From Nemertoderma westbladi (Eukaryota; Animalia; Xenacoelomorpha), in assembly GCA_032718475.1 (NCBI GenBank), contig JAUCBJ010001352.1:1-64000 (forward strand): 64,000 bases of DNA, given 5' to 3'. The notes beneath the pieces were generated by a model. The model worked only from the letters and a program-made list of their open reading frames with translations. It ran no database searches and had not been told where the DNA came from. Below, piece by piece: positions 1-13,772 of this stretch (position 1 is its first letter; every line of letters begins with the position of its first letter). Position numbers and translations under genes: made by a program.

Positions 1-424
1 AGAATAAATCTATCAACTATTTTTTAGAAAACAAATAGAAAATAACAATATTGACATAAATATATAGTTTTAAGCATAAGAGTCATGAAGAACAACAATA
101 AATTATTATTAAATAAATAAATAATTTACATTGATTTCGTTTCGGGATGTCTGTTTACCGATGAAATAAAATAAAAGCAACGAATTGTAGAAATTCGATA
201 CATATTCGAATGAAGAGACAAGATAAATTAAATTAAATGAAAAACACTTTCGAAGATTTCGTACAGAAACTATGTTCAAATAACTAATAATTTAATCTGG
301 ATAGGTAAACAGACGTCCAATAAAAGAAATAAATTTTTTATCCCGCTCAAAACGACTTAATTAAAACAGATAACAGTGTGAGCAGCCGTCACCAAGCGAG
401 CAGATAAAGTAAACTTTATACAAC

Positions 425-520
425 CTTCCAGTGGACCCTGACTTGTGCCAGTTCCGCCTCCCGACAGACGGATTCCCACGGTAGATGTAACAATACTCCA
501 ACGTGGATGTGATTCTTGGT
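425..520 (-). CDS. Anoctamin/TMEM16 coding exon, copy B of a duplicated 96-nt exon (TKNHIHVGVLLHLPWESVCREAELAQVRVHWK)
   Basis: Minus strand cacacag|ACCAAG...TGGAAG|gttgta; 96 nt, phase 0-0. Matches the anoctamin N-terminal domain motif K-I-H-A-P-W-x-V-L-C-R-E-A-E-x-L-x-x-K-M-P-x-K. Confidence 0.8.
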
Positions 521-1313
521 CTGTGTGAGCGGGAATGTGTGTGTATGTACATGGGGAAACAAAACAGTGTTAATTTGTTAAACAGCACGCTAACAATGGA
601 AAACATGCAAACAGATGAGTTCGAAAGTGAAATAAAAGATTAACATGTTGTGAGTTCGATATATGATAGTTTAACAGCTGAGATGAGTTGGTACAAAGGT
701 ACATGCTCTTATGATACAATTAGTACATGCTGGAAGTGATATGGGATGCTGACACACACAGCCCTTGATGACTTGATGAGCAATACGGTAGTTGAAGAAA
801 ACAACAATGTAAATAGTTTAATTAAAATAATTAAACTAATTAACTATTGGATATATAGGCTATAGGCCCTTTCATTTACTCCGTCTCTGTGGAGAGTTTA
901 TATTCAATAAAAAATGTTTTATCATCAAGATATCGTTTATATAATTGAAAAATGACTAAGGATTTGTAATAATGTTAATATTTAGTGAGATATAGATGGA
1001 TTTAGTTCTATTAATTTATATTTTATACCCAACATTTTTTTAATTTTACTAAAAGAGCCTCGATAAATTTGTTTCACCTAAATTTGCGCCCATGTGAATA
1101 ATACCAGGATTTAACTTTTCGGTCGACTTTATATTGGATTTTTATATATGAAGATTTTTTATTCTTATTACGCAATTATATATTTACATTCAACTCAATC
1201 AATCAATGGTAGAAAGTCTGGTATTCTTCAACTACCGATCGCATAAGACAAAGGGGAGAGTGTTAATCAAACATGAGGTTGTCATGGAGACAGTTAATTC
1301 GGAGAGGGGGTAC

Positions 1314-1409
1314 CTTTAGCGGCATCTTTACGTTAGCGAACTCTGCCAGCCGACACAAAACCTTCCAGGGTGTATGTATCTTATAGCAACCAATGACGTC
1401 ATCACGATC
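1314..1409 (-). CDS. Anoctamin/TMEM16 coding exon, copy A of a duplicated 96-nt exon (DRDDVIGCYKIHTPWKVLCRLAEFANVKMPLK)
   Basis: Minus strand gttgcttag|GATCGT...CTAAAG|gtaccc; 96 nt, phase 0-0. Close match to the anoctamin KIHAPWxVLCRxAE...KMPLK motif. Confidence 0.9.
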
Positions 1410-1574
1410 CTAAGCAACGAGGTAATTAGGTTCTCAAAAAAAAACAGTCAATAAAATATAGTCAACCATTCTAAAATTATACCTTCTAACACTTATAAAT
1501 TATTGGCACCTACTATTTCCTAAATTCTACCACCATCCCCCTAACTTTAACCCCAACACACATTCTCCACGCAA

Positions 1575-1757
1575 TCCCGCCGAAATCCATTGCCTAACTT
1601 ACATAACTAACAATCCCCCGACCGAACTCCATTGCCTAACTTACATAACTAACAATCCCCCGACCGAACTCCATTGCCTAACTTACATAACTAACAATCC
1701 CGCCGAAATCCATTGCCTAACTATCATAACCCAATCCAACTCTATTGCCTAACTTAC
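1575..1757. repeat. ~42-bp tandem repeat (about 4 copies) containing the splice-donor sequence
   Basis: CATTGCCTAACTTACATAACTAACAATCCC... recurs at about 1588, 1630, 1672 and 1711; AACTTAC reads GTAAGTT on the gene strand. Confidence 0.85.
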
Positions 1758-1937
1758 ACGCATCTGGGCCTCTTCCACCTCAATACCCTCCTCGTTGAGT
1801 GCCGCAATGAAACTGAGACGGGCATTATTTTTCTCTTCGGTTTTCTTAGTAACCGGCTCCTCTGTGTACGTCAGCACATAGTCAATCTTCTTACTCTTGT
1901 CGTGATGAAAGTATAACGATTCGTGGCGTTCGCGTTT
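1758..1937 (-). CDS. Anoctamin/TMEM16 shared coding exon (KRERHESLYFHHDKSKKIDYVLTY...ARLSFIAALNEEGIEVEEAQMR)
   Basis: Long T tract + ag|AAACGC...ATGCGT|gtaagt; 180 nt, phase 0-0. SLYF..D..KKIDYVL.Y and R..F...L..EG.E.E match the start of the anoctamin N-terminal (dimerisation) domain. Confidence 0.9.
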
Positions 1938-1994
1938 CTAAAAAAAATAAATTAACACCGATTAGGTTTTAGTCTAATATTGAGACCGGGTTGG

Positions 1995-2456
1995 GCTGGT
2001 GGGGTGGTGTCCCTGTGGGGGTTATGTGGGGTTGCTGTGGGGGTGCTGTGGGGGTGCTGTGGGGGTGCTGTGGGGGTGCTGTGGGGGTGCTGTGGGGGTG
2101 CTGTGGGGGTGCTGTGGGGGTGCTGTGGGGGTGCTGTGGGGGTGCTGTGGGGGTGCTGTGGGGGTACTGTGGGGGTGCTGTGGGGGTGCTGTGGGGTACT
2201 GTGGGGGTGCTGTGGGGATGCTGTGGGGGTACTGTGGGGGTGTTGTGGGGGAACTGTGGGGGTACTGTGGGGTTGCTGTGCTGTGGGGGTGCTGTGGGGG
2301 TGCTGTGGGGGTGCTGTGGGGTTTCTGTGGGGGTGCTGTGGGGGTGCTGTGGGGGTGCTGTGGGGGTGCTGTGGGGTTTCTGTGGGGGTGCTGTGGGGGT
2401 GCTGTGGGGGTGCTGTGGGGGTGCTGTGGGGTTGCTGTAGGGGTGCTGTGGGGGAA
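1995..2456. repeat. 11-bp G-rich minisatellite (GGGGGTGCTGT)n
   Basis: Direct reading; about 40 units with minor variants. Confidence 0.97.
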
Positions 2457-2704
2457 CTGGGCTCATATCGCATATCGGTGAATTAATATTTTATCTCAAT
2501 GTTAAATTATCAATTTCGGGAAAGGAGCAGGTTACACCACGTTATTCTAACCCCAAAACAATAAACTAAAATCAATAGAACAGGTTACAATTTGATTTTT
2601 GAGAGTAATCAGCTGTTATTAGCCTCGATTCCAAACACTCCCTATCACTGATTTTAATAATATTATTATAAACATTTTTTAGATCTATCATACGGATTAC
2701 ATAC

Positions 2705-2809
2705 CAAATAAGAATCACCATTAAAGAGCTTCGAGTGATCTGTCTCGTCAAGGAATGAGTCACCTCGTTCCCCAATTGACCTCAACAATTCTACGTCATC
2801 CGATGCCAT
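2705..2809 (-). CDS. Candidate proximal alternative first coding exon of the anoctamin gene (MASDDVELLRSIGERGDSFLDETDHSKLFNGDSYL)
   Basis: Kozak-like taACCATGG, 35 open codons, then TTG|gtatgt donor in phase 0, compatible with the acceptor at 1937. Confidence 0.65.
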
Positions 2810-2999
2810 GGTTACAGATCGAATGAATTTGTTACAAATTTATTAATTTTTTCAAAATTTGAAACATTAATACTGGACTGTATGAAAAAGGAATCAATTC
2901 TGAATATAAAATTATATTTGGAACAGATATAATGATATATTTTTGTTACAACTACAACTTAGCTTCTCTAGTGCGGGGTAGTAAAGCCTATAAGTTATT

Positions 3000-5900
3000 T
3001 ATACTATACACACACAGTAGACTACTAATACTATACACATACACAGTAGACTACTAATACTATACACACACAGTAGACTACTAATACTATACACACACAG
3101 TAGACTACTAATACTATACACACACTACTAATACTATACACACACTACTAATACTATACACACACTACTAATACTATACACACACTACTAATACTATACA
3201 CACACTACTAATACTATACACACACTACTAATACTATACACACACAGTAGACTATACTAATACTATACACACACAGTAGACTACTCATACTATACACACA
3301 CAGTAGACTACTAATACTATACACACACAGTAGACTACTAATACTATACACACACTACTAATACTATACACACACTACTAATACTATACACACACTACTA
3401 ATACTATACACACACAGTAGACTATACTAATACTATACACACACAGTAGACTACTAATACTATACACACAGTAGACTACTAATACTATACACACACTACT
3501 AATACTATACACACACAGTAGACTACTAATACTATACACACACAGTAGACTACTAATACTATACGCACACAGTAGACTACTAATACTATACACACACTAC
3601 TAATACTATACACACACTACTAATACTATACACACACTACTAATACTATACACACACAGTAGTCTACTAATACTATACACACACAGTAGACTACTAATAC
3701 TATACACACACAGTAGACTACTAATACTATACACACACAGTAGACTACTAATACTATACACACACAGTAGACTACTAATACTATACACACACAGTAGACT
3801 ACTAATACTATACACACACAGTAGACTACTAATACTATACACACACAGTAGTCTACTAATACTATACACACACAGTAGACTACTAATACTATACACACAC
3901 AGTAGACTACTAATACTATACACACACAGTAGACTACTAATACTATACACACACAGTAGACTACTAATACTATACACACACAGTAGACTACTAATACTAT
4001 ACACACACAGTAGACTACTAATACTATACACACACAGTAGACTACTAATACTATACACACACAGTAGACTACTAATACTATACACACACAGTAGACTACT
4101 AATACTATACACACACAGTAGACTACTAATACTATACATACACAGTAGACTACTAATACTACACACACAGTAGACTACTAATACTATACACACACAGTAG
4201 ACTACTAATACTATACACACACTACTAATACTATACACACACAGTAGACTACTAATACTATACACACAGTAGACTACTAATACTATACACACACTACTAA
4301 TACTATACACACACAGTAGACTACTAATACTATACACACACAGTAGACTACTAATACTATACACACACAGTAGACTACTAATACTATACACACACAGTAG
4401 ACTACTAATACTATACACACACAGTAGACTACTAATACTATACACACACAGTAGACTACTAATACTATACACACACAGTAGACTACTAATACTATACACA
4501 CACAGTAGACTACTAATACTATACACACACAGTAGACTACTAATACTATACACACACAGTAGACTACTAATACTATACACACACAGTAGACTACTAATAC
4601 TATACACACACAGTAGACTACTAATACTATACACACACAGTAGACTACTAATACTATACACACACTACTAATACTATACACACACTACTAATACTATACA
4701 CACACAGTAGACTACTAATACTATACACACACAGTAGACTACTAATACTATACACACACAGTAGACTACTAATACTATACACACACAGTAGACTACTAAT
4801 ACTATACACACACAGTAGACTACTAATACTATACACACACTACTAATACTATACACACACTACTAATACTATACACACACAGTAGACTACTAATACTATA
4901 CACACACAGTAGACTACTAATACTATACACACACAGTAGACTACTAATACTATACACACACAGTAGACTACTAATACTATACACACACAGTAGACTACTA
5001 ATACTATACACACACTACTAATACTATACACACACTACTAATACTATACACACACAGTAGACTACTAATACTATACACACACAGTAGACTACTAATACTA
5101 TACACACACAGTAGACTACTAATACTATACACACACAGTAGACTACTAATACTATACACACACAGTAGACTACTAATACTATACACACACAGTAGACTAC
5201 TAATACTATACACACACAGTAGACTACTAATACTATACACACACAGTAGACTACTAATACTATACACACACAGTAGACTACTAATACTATACACACACAG
5301 TAGACTACTAATACTATACACACACAGTAGACTACTAATACTATACACACACAGTAGACTACTAATACTACACACACAGTAGACTACTAATACTATACAC
5401 ACACAGTAGACTACTAATACTATACACACACAGTAGACTACTAATACTATACACACACAGTAGACTACTAATACTATACACACACAGTAGACTACTAATA
5501 CTATACACACACAGTAGACTACTAATACTATACACACACAGTAGACTACTAATACTAAACACACACAGTAGACTACTAATACTATACACACACAGTAGAC
5601 TACTAATACTATACACACACAGTAGACTACTAATACTATACACACACAGTAGACTACTAATACTATACACACACAGTAGACTACTAATACTATACACACA
5701 CAGTAGACTACTAATACTATACACACACAGTAGACTACTAATACTACACACACAGTAGACTACTAATACTATACACACACAGTAGACTACTAATACTATA
5801 CACACACAGTAGACTACTAATACTATACACACACAGTAGACTACTAATACTATACACACACAGTAGACTACTAATACTATACACACACAGTAGACTACTA

Positions 5901-8900
5901 ATACTATACACACACAGTAGACTACTAATACTATACACACACTACTAATACTATACACACACAGTAGACTACTAATACTATACACACACAGTAGACTACT
6001 AATACTATACACACACAGTAGACTACTAATACTATACACACACAGTAGACTACTAATACTATACACACACAGTAGACTACTAATACTATACACACACAGT
6101 AGACTACTAATACTATACACACACAGTAGACTACTAATACTATACACACACAGTAGACTACTAATACTATACACACACAGTAGACTACTAATACTATACA
6201 CACACAGTAGACTACTAATACTATACACACACAGTAGACTACTAATACTATACACGCACAGTAGACTACTAATACTATACACACACAGTAGACTACTAAT
6301 ACTATACACACACAGTAGACTACTAATACTACACACACAGTAGACTACTAATACTATACACACACAGTAGACTACTAATACTACACACACAGTAGACTAC
6401 TAATACTATACACACACAGTAGACTACTAATACTATACACACACAGTAGACTACTAATACTATACACACACTACTAATACTATACACACACAGTAGACTA
6501 CTAATACTATACACACACAGTAGACTACTAATACTATACACACACAGTAGACTACTAATACTATACACACACAGTAGACTACTAATACTATACACACACA
6601 GTAGACTACTAATACTATACACACACTACTAATACTATACACACACACAAGACTACTAATACTATACACACACAGTAGACTACTAATACTATACACACAC
6701 AGTAGACTACTAATACTATACACACACTACTAATACTATACACACACAGTAGACTACTAATACTATACACACACAGTAGACTACTAATACTATACACACA
6801 CAGTAGACTACTAATACTATACACACACAGTAGACTACTAATACTATACACACACAGTAGACTACTAATACTATACACACACAGTAGACTACTAATACTA
6901 TACACACACAGTAGACTACTAATACTATACACACACTACTAATACTATACACACACAGTAGACTACTAATATTATACACACACAGTAGACTACTAATACT
7001 ACACACACAGTAGACTACTAATACTATACACACAGTAGACTACTAATACTATACACACACAGTAGACTACTAATACTATACACACACAGTAGACTACTAA
7101 TACTATACACACACAGTAGACTACTAATACTATACACACACAGTAGACTACTAATACTATACACACACAGTAGACTACTAATACTACACACACAGTAGAC
7201 TACTAATACTATACACACAGTAGACTACTAATACTATACACACACAGTAGACTACTAATACTATACACACACAGTAGACTACTAATACTATACACACACA
7301 GTAGACTACTAATACTATACACACACAGTAGACTACTAATACTATACACACACAGTAGACTACTAATACTATACACACACTACTAATACTATACACACAC
7401 AGTAGACTACTAATACTACACACACAGTAGACTACTAATACTATACACACACAGTAGACTACTAATACTATACACACACTACTAATACTATACACACACT
7501 ACTAATACTATACACACACAGTAGACTATACTAATACTATACACACACAGTAGACTACTAATACTATACACACACAGTAGACTACTAATACTATACACAC
7601 ACAGTAGACTACTAATACTACACACACAGTAGACTACTAATACTATACACACACAGTAGACTACTAATACTATACACACACTACTAATACTATACACACA
7701 CTACTAATACTATACACACACTGTAGACTATACTAATACTATACACACACAGTAGACTACTAATACTATACACACACTACTAATACTATACACACACTAC
7801 TAATACTATACACACACAGTAGACTACTAATACTATACACACACTACTAATACTATACACACACAGTAGACTACTAATACTATACACACACAGTAGACTA
7901 CTAATACTATACACACACAGTAGACTACTAATACTATACACACACAGTAGACTACTAATACTATACACACACTACTAATACTATACACACACAGTAGACT
8001 ACTAATATTATACACACACAGTAGACTACTAATACTACACACACAGTAGACTACTAATACTATACACACAGTAGACTACTAATACTATACACACACAGTA
8101 GACTACTAATACTATACACACACAGTAGACTACTAATACTATACACACACAGTAGACTACTAATACTATACACACACAGTAGACTACTAATACTATACAC
8201 ACACAGTAGACTACTAATACTATACACACACTACTAATACTATACACACACAGTAGACTACTAATACTACACACACAGTAGACTACTAATACTATACACA
8301 CACAGTAGACTACTAATACTATACACACACTACTAATACTATACACACACTACTAATACTATACACACACAGTAGACTATACTAATACTATACACACACA
8401 GTAGACTACTAATACTATACACACACAGTAGACTACTAATACTATACACACACAGTAGACTACTAATACTACACACACAGTAGACTACTAATACTATACA
8501 CACACAGTAGACTACTAATACTATACACACACTACTAATACTATACACACACTACTAATACTATACACACACTGTAGACTATACTAATACTATACACACA
8601 CAGTAGACTACTAATACTATACACACACTACTAATACTATACACACACTACTAATACTATACACACACAGTAGACTACTAATACTATACACACACTACTA
8701 ATACTATACACACACAGTAGACTACTAATACTATACACACACAGTAGACTACTAATACTATACACACACAGTAGACTACTAATACTATACACACACTACT
8801 AATACTATACACACACAGTAGACTACTAATACTATACACACACTACTAATACAATACACACACAGTAGACTACTAATACTATGCACACACAGTAGACTAC

Positions 8901-10205
8901 TAATACTATACACACACAGTAGACTACTAATACTATACACACACTACTAATACTATACACACACAGTAGACTGCTAATACTATACACACACAGTAGACTA
9001 CTAATACTATACACACACAGTAGACTACTAATACTATACACACACAGTAGACTACTAATACTATACACACACTACTAATACTATACACACACAGTAGACT
9101 ACTAATACTATACACACACTACTAATACTATACACACACAGTAGACTACTAATACTATACACACACTACTAATACTATACACACACAGTAGACTACTAAT
9201 ACTATACACACACAGTAGACTACTAATACTATACACACACAGTAGACTACTAATACTATACACACACAGTAGACTACTAATACTATACACACACAGTAGA
9301 CTACTAATACTATACACACACAGTAGACTACTAATACTATACACACACAGTAGACTACTAATACTATACACACACAGTAGACTACTAATACTATACACAC
9401 ACAGTAGACTACTAATACTATACACACACAGTAGACTACTAATACTATACACACACTACTAATACTATACACACACAGTAGACTACTAATACTATACACA
9501 CACAGTAGACTACTAATACTATACACACACAGTAAACTACTAATACTATACACACACAGTAGACTACTAATACTATACACACACTACTAATACTATACAG
9601 ACACAGTAGACTACTAATACTATACACACACAGTAGACTACTAATACTATACACACACAGTAGACTACTAATACTATACACACACTACTAATACAATACA
9701 CACACAGTAGACTACTAATACTATACACACACTACTAATACTATACACACACAGTAGACTACTAATACTATACACACACAGTAGACTACTAATACTATAC
9801 ACACACAGTAGACTACTAATACTATACACACACTACTAATACTATACACACACAGTAGACTACTAATACTATACACACACAGTAGACTACTAATACTATA
9901 CACACACAGTAGACTACTAATACTATACACACACTACTAATACAATACACACACAGTAGACTACTAATACTATACACACACTACTAATACTATACACACA
10001 CAGTAGACTACTAATACTATACACACACAGTAGACTACTAATACTATACACACACAGTAGACTACTAATACTATACACACACTACTAATACTATACACAC
10101 ACAGTAGACTACTAATACTATACACACACAGTAGACTACTAATACTATACACACACTACTAATACTATACACATACACAGTAGACTATACTAATACTATA
10201 CTACT
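3000..10205. repeat. 7.2-kb minisatellite: 27-bp unit ACACACACAGTAGACTACTAATACTAT with 20-bp and 25-bp deletion variants
   Basis: Direct reading; explains all YSISSLLCV/CIVLVVYCV ORFs. Confidence 0.98.
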
Positions 10206-10212
10206 ACTACTA

Positions 10213-11597
10213 CGATCGGCATGCTGCATTATATATATATATTACATATATATTAAGAATGCTCTCCCTCCGGCTTGTCGACAAAATTGCGCCGCCACAA
10301 CTCCCTATCACCAATGACATTTGCTAGATCATACGCATCTTCAAGGCCAGCGTCCTTTAAGATGCGTCTCAAGAAAGTCATGGGCTGTCCACCATGCTTA
10401 TTCACTCCATGAGGCCGCCAAAGCACACGATTATGCACTGGCTGGTCCTCACGGCGAAAGCAAGGTCTTGCAAAGCGGAGGCGGATTTGTTCTAGTGTCA
10501 AGCTAGGGGGAACCAATGAGACACCTCCAATGTTATATAGTGTCTGGTTGGAGTTGTGTGCATTGTACTTGACACAATGAACCCGGCGCAGCATTCTTGT
10601 GAAAGTGCCATCCAGAGATTTGGTATCCTCTGCAGTTAGACCCCAGCATGGACTCCTATATAAGAGTACTGGTACCACTGCTGCAATAAAAAATCAAACC
10701 TTTAGCTTCCGTTTAATTCTATGGGACTTCCAAATCCTGGACAAAACTATTTAACGCTGCCCATGCCTTCCCCTTACGTATCCGAAGGTCTTCACCTGAC
10801 TTTCTGATCCATGATCCCAAATAGCAGAAGTCATCCACATGTCAAGCAAGCCGTCCTTATAGAGTTTATGCCCTTACGATCAGACATTTCTTGAGGGCTG
10901 TCTAGGTTGACTGTCATGATTTGGTTTTCTTGGAATTTACAAAAAGACCAACAATAGAAACAACTTGCTCCAATAAGCAGAGGAGCCTTTGGGCTTCCTC
11001 TAATGATTCTGAGAGTATCCCTCAGTCATCAGCAAAGTCTAGATCACTTAGGTACTTTGTTGGAGTTCCTCTAGAGTAGTGGAGTAGTAGAGAGTGGAGT
11101 AGGGGGTGTTAACATCACCCCAACTTTATTAAAAAAGATGGTTCTAAGGACATGCATAAGAACATAATCAACCACACAGCCGTAGACACAAATGTGGTAG
11201 AACCATCGTACAGTGATCTGATTGCTGCAAAAAATTTCCTCAGGAATCCCATATGCTGGCTGCCAGTATGCTGAACATACGTGGTCGGGAGACTGAGTCG
11301 AAGACTTTAAAGAAGTCAACAAAGATAATAGCCAGTTGTCTGTCTTTCTTTATTGACAATTCTCCGATTATCCTTCTAAGTACCAGAATAGGCTCCATGG
11401 TCCCACGACCTTTGCGGAACCCATTTTGGTTCCCACGTAACAGTCGGGTCTCAACAGGATCACTGATGCGATTTAATATAATTATATTATATAGCTTTGC
11501 AGCAATCGAGATTAACGAGATTCAGCGAAAAGATCCACGGGTTGTTAGGTTGGCCTTCTTTGGGGCTTTGACCAACTTATTTGTTTTCAGTTCTTGA
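10213..11597 (-). mobile_element. Decayed RTE-like non-LTR retrotransposon (RT and 3' end)
   Basis: Remnants ISIAAKLYNIIILNRI, GNQNGFRKGRGT, DLDFADD and DDFCYLGSWI, then ORF 10253-10678 (TRMLRRV...LRFARPCFRREDQP...LWRP); frameshifts and stops. Confidence 0.9.
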
Positions 11598-12664
11598 TGG
11601 TAGACTACAGTATGTCGGAAACCATGACTACAGTATGTCGGACAAACCAACGACTATATATTTTAGTCATATATATTTCTCTCAGTTATTGATATCTGTG
11701 AGTTGTAACGTAGCAACAAGCAACAAACGAACACGCAGCTGATTATACACGTTCGTGGGCCTTCGCGCAGCACGAGACTCAGCTAATCCAATAAAGCTGT
11801 ATGCCGAGTACTTGTTTGCTCTACTACTTAGTTAGCTTTCCTACATGTTCTATTTAATTTAGCAATGCTCGTAGGACATTCTTACCAAATTTCAGATAAA
11901 TCTAATGGTTGGTTCTGTTATTACAGTTAATTCTACATTTATGACACAGATGAACAATATTTCTAAACTTTTGATAAACTAAACTAAACTACATGTGTAC
12001 CAAGTTTAGTTTAATTTCATCAAGGAATGACCGAGTTATTAGCGATCAAAAATTGGTCGACGACGATAGACAACTCTTTAATGGTACCCCTATGCTAAGG
12101 CTTCGCTCCATGTCGTGGCTCGCCCCACTAAATCATACATCAGTGTCAACGATTACATCACTTAGACTACGGTAATAATTTACCACGTTACCACGCGATC
12201 GTTCTACGACGTAAACGGATGTATTTAAGATCGCCTTGATTCAATTGCGCAACAATAAATACTAAACCATATAGGACCAAACCAATAAAACTATCAAGGC
12301 CTTTTTATAAAACATTAATCGTATAGTCGAATAGTAATCTTTACAAGTATTTTATATATGCCAGCGTTGAAAACATTCATTAATAATAATTAATACACGA
12401 TTTGGGGAATAATAAAGATAAATTGAACAGATTTAATGAAAATCTTTAATGATATCATTAAGAGTGAGTAACACGAGTTATTAGTACAACACGAGTTTTT
12501 ATTAACCTTTAATAAATATAGAAAAAAAGGGTCAAAGGTCGTAACTGTGATTAAAGTGCAATCAGATATTACTCTAGTGGTTAATTAAGGGTTTAACAAA
12601 TGATTTATTGTTTATTATTGGTGTTATGGGTGAATGAGTGGTTTCATATTATTATAATATTTTG

Positions 12665-12770
12665 TTGTGCACAGCTTTTGCAAAGTCGGCAATGACGTCC
12701 AGGTGGGATCGAACTGGTAACCTCCGGGTTGGAAGTCTGACGCTCTAACCATTCAGCTAGCGGCTCAGGT
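12665..12770 (-). mobile_element. tRNA-derived SINE copy
   Basis: Minus strand GCCGCTAGCTGAATGGTTAGAGCGTCAGACTTCCAACCCGGAGGTTACCAGTTCGATCCCACCTGG with A box and B box. Related copies at about 12826-12885, 13175-13250, 30623-30730, 35595-35685 and 39890-39972. Confidence 0.8.
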
Positions 12771-13539
12771 AAAAGATATAATTGGAAATACTATCAGATA
12801 CCTTGAATGTCCGCAATTTACCATCTGGATCCCAGCTGGACGTCATTGCCGACTTTGCCAAAGCTGTGCCCAACAAAATATTATAAATCATTTATTGACA
12901 TATTAATTAATTGCGGTTCCGCTTAATAAAAATTGAATGAGTTGAATGATTTAATGGTGTATCACCGATTTCGTATCCATTGGTTTATTATTTTGATTCG
13001 GGTTTTTTGATGAGGCCTCAACCATGAAAGAACTTACACAAAATCTCTTAGATAACAACTTTTTGTATTAACCTTCCCCAATTTCGTACGATTATTGTGA
13101 TTATCGCCATTGTCGAGCAATATGAGTACTTACTTACTTATCATAACTTTCATAACTTTTGTTTAGTACATTCGGTAATGACGCCTAGCAGGGATTGAAT
13201 TGGTGACCTCCAGGTTGCTGGCCTTCTAGCCAATCCGTTAGCAACTCAGATAAAATGTAGAACTTGAAATACTACCTGATAACTTGATGTCCGCAATTTA
13301 CCTTCTTATAGCCTCCAAACTGCCAATACCAATCATATGCAGTCACCGTGCTAAAAACCCTACTGTAGTTGATATAATGTTATCCATTGTGGGTACAAAT
13401 GATGTAGTAATCCTAGCTCCTAGGCAAGAATGACCCCCCCAAAGACCCTGTTCTACAGCTAATAAAAGTTGAAAATAACATCAACGCAGACACATAATAC
13501 GTCATTATCCATCAATGCAGCAATATCCTAATCAATCTA

Positions 13540-13772
13540 TATTCGGCATGTTGCAATGCAGCGGCATTTAAATAACGTAATAGCTATATGCCGGAGTATA
13601 GACAACATTGCGCCGCCACAACTCCCTATCCCACATGACTTTCGCGAGATTATCCGCATCTTCAAGGCAGGCCAGTGTCCTTTAAAAGGCGTCTCAAGAA
13701 AGATAGTGGTTGCCCACTATGCTTATTCTCACCATACCAAAGCACAAGACTGCGATCATAACGGATACTATT
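13540..13772 (-). mobile_element. 3' fragment of the same RTE-like family
   Basis: TTGCGCCGCCACAACTCCCTATC and GCATCTTCAAGGC...GCGTCTCAAGAAAG are shared with 10285-10380. Confidence 0.8.

Noticed and set aside
361-606. 81-aa ORF from the track
   Set aside because: Wrong frame; the credible coding signal is the 96-nt anoctamin exon at 425-520 in another frame.
1952-2486. Long P/H/T-rich and G/C/V-rich ORFs on both strands
   Set aside because: Read-through of an 11-bp repeat that has no stops in most frames.
3384-10152. Dozens of hydrophobic YSISSLLCV/CIVLVVYCV ORFs, and a possible CRISPR-like or telomeric array
   Set aside because: Pure tandem repeat with frameshifting variants and no unique spacers; eukaryotic intron context; the unit is not a known telomere repeat.
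11636-11844. Possible solo LTR (TG...AATAAA...CA)
   Set aside because: No target-site duplication or second copy visible, so it cannot be supported.
12665-12770. Functional tRNA gene
   Set aside because: A and B boxes are present but the stems pair poorly, and several diverged copies share a non-tRNA tail, which fits a SINE.
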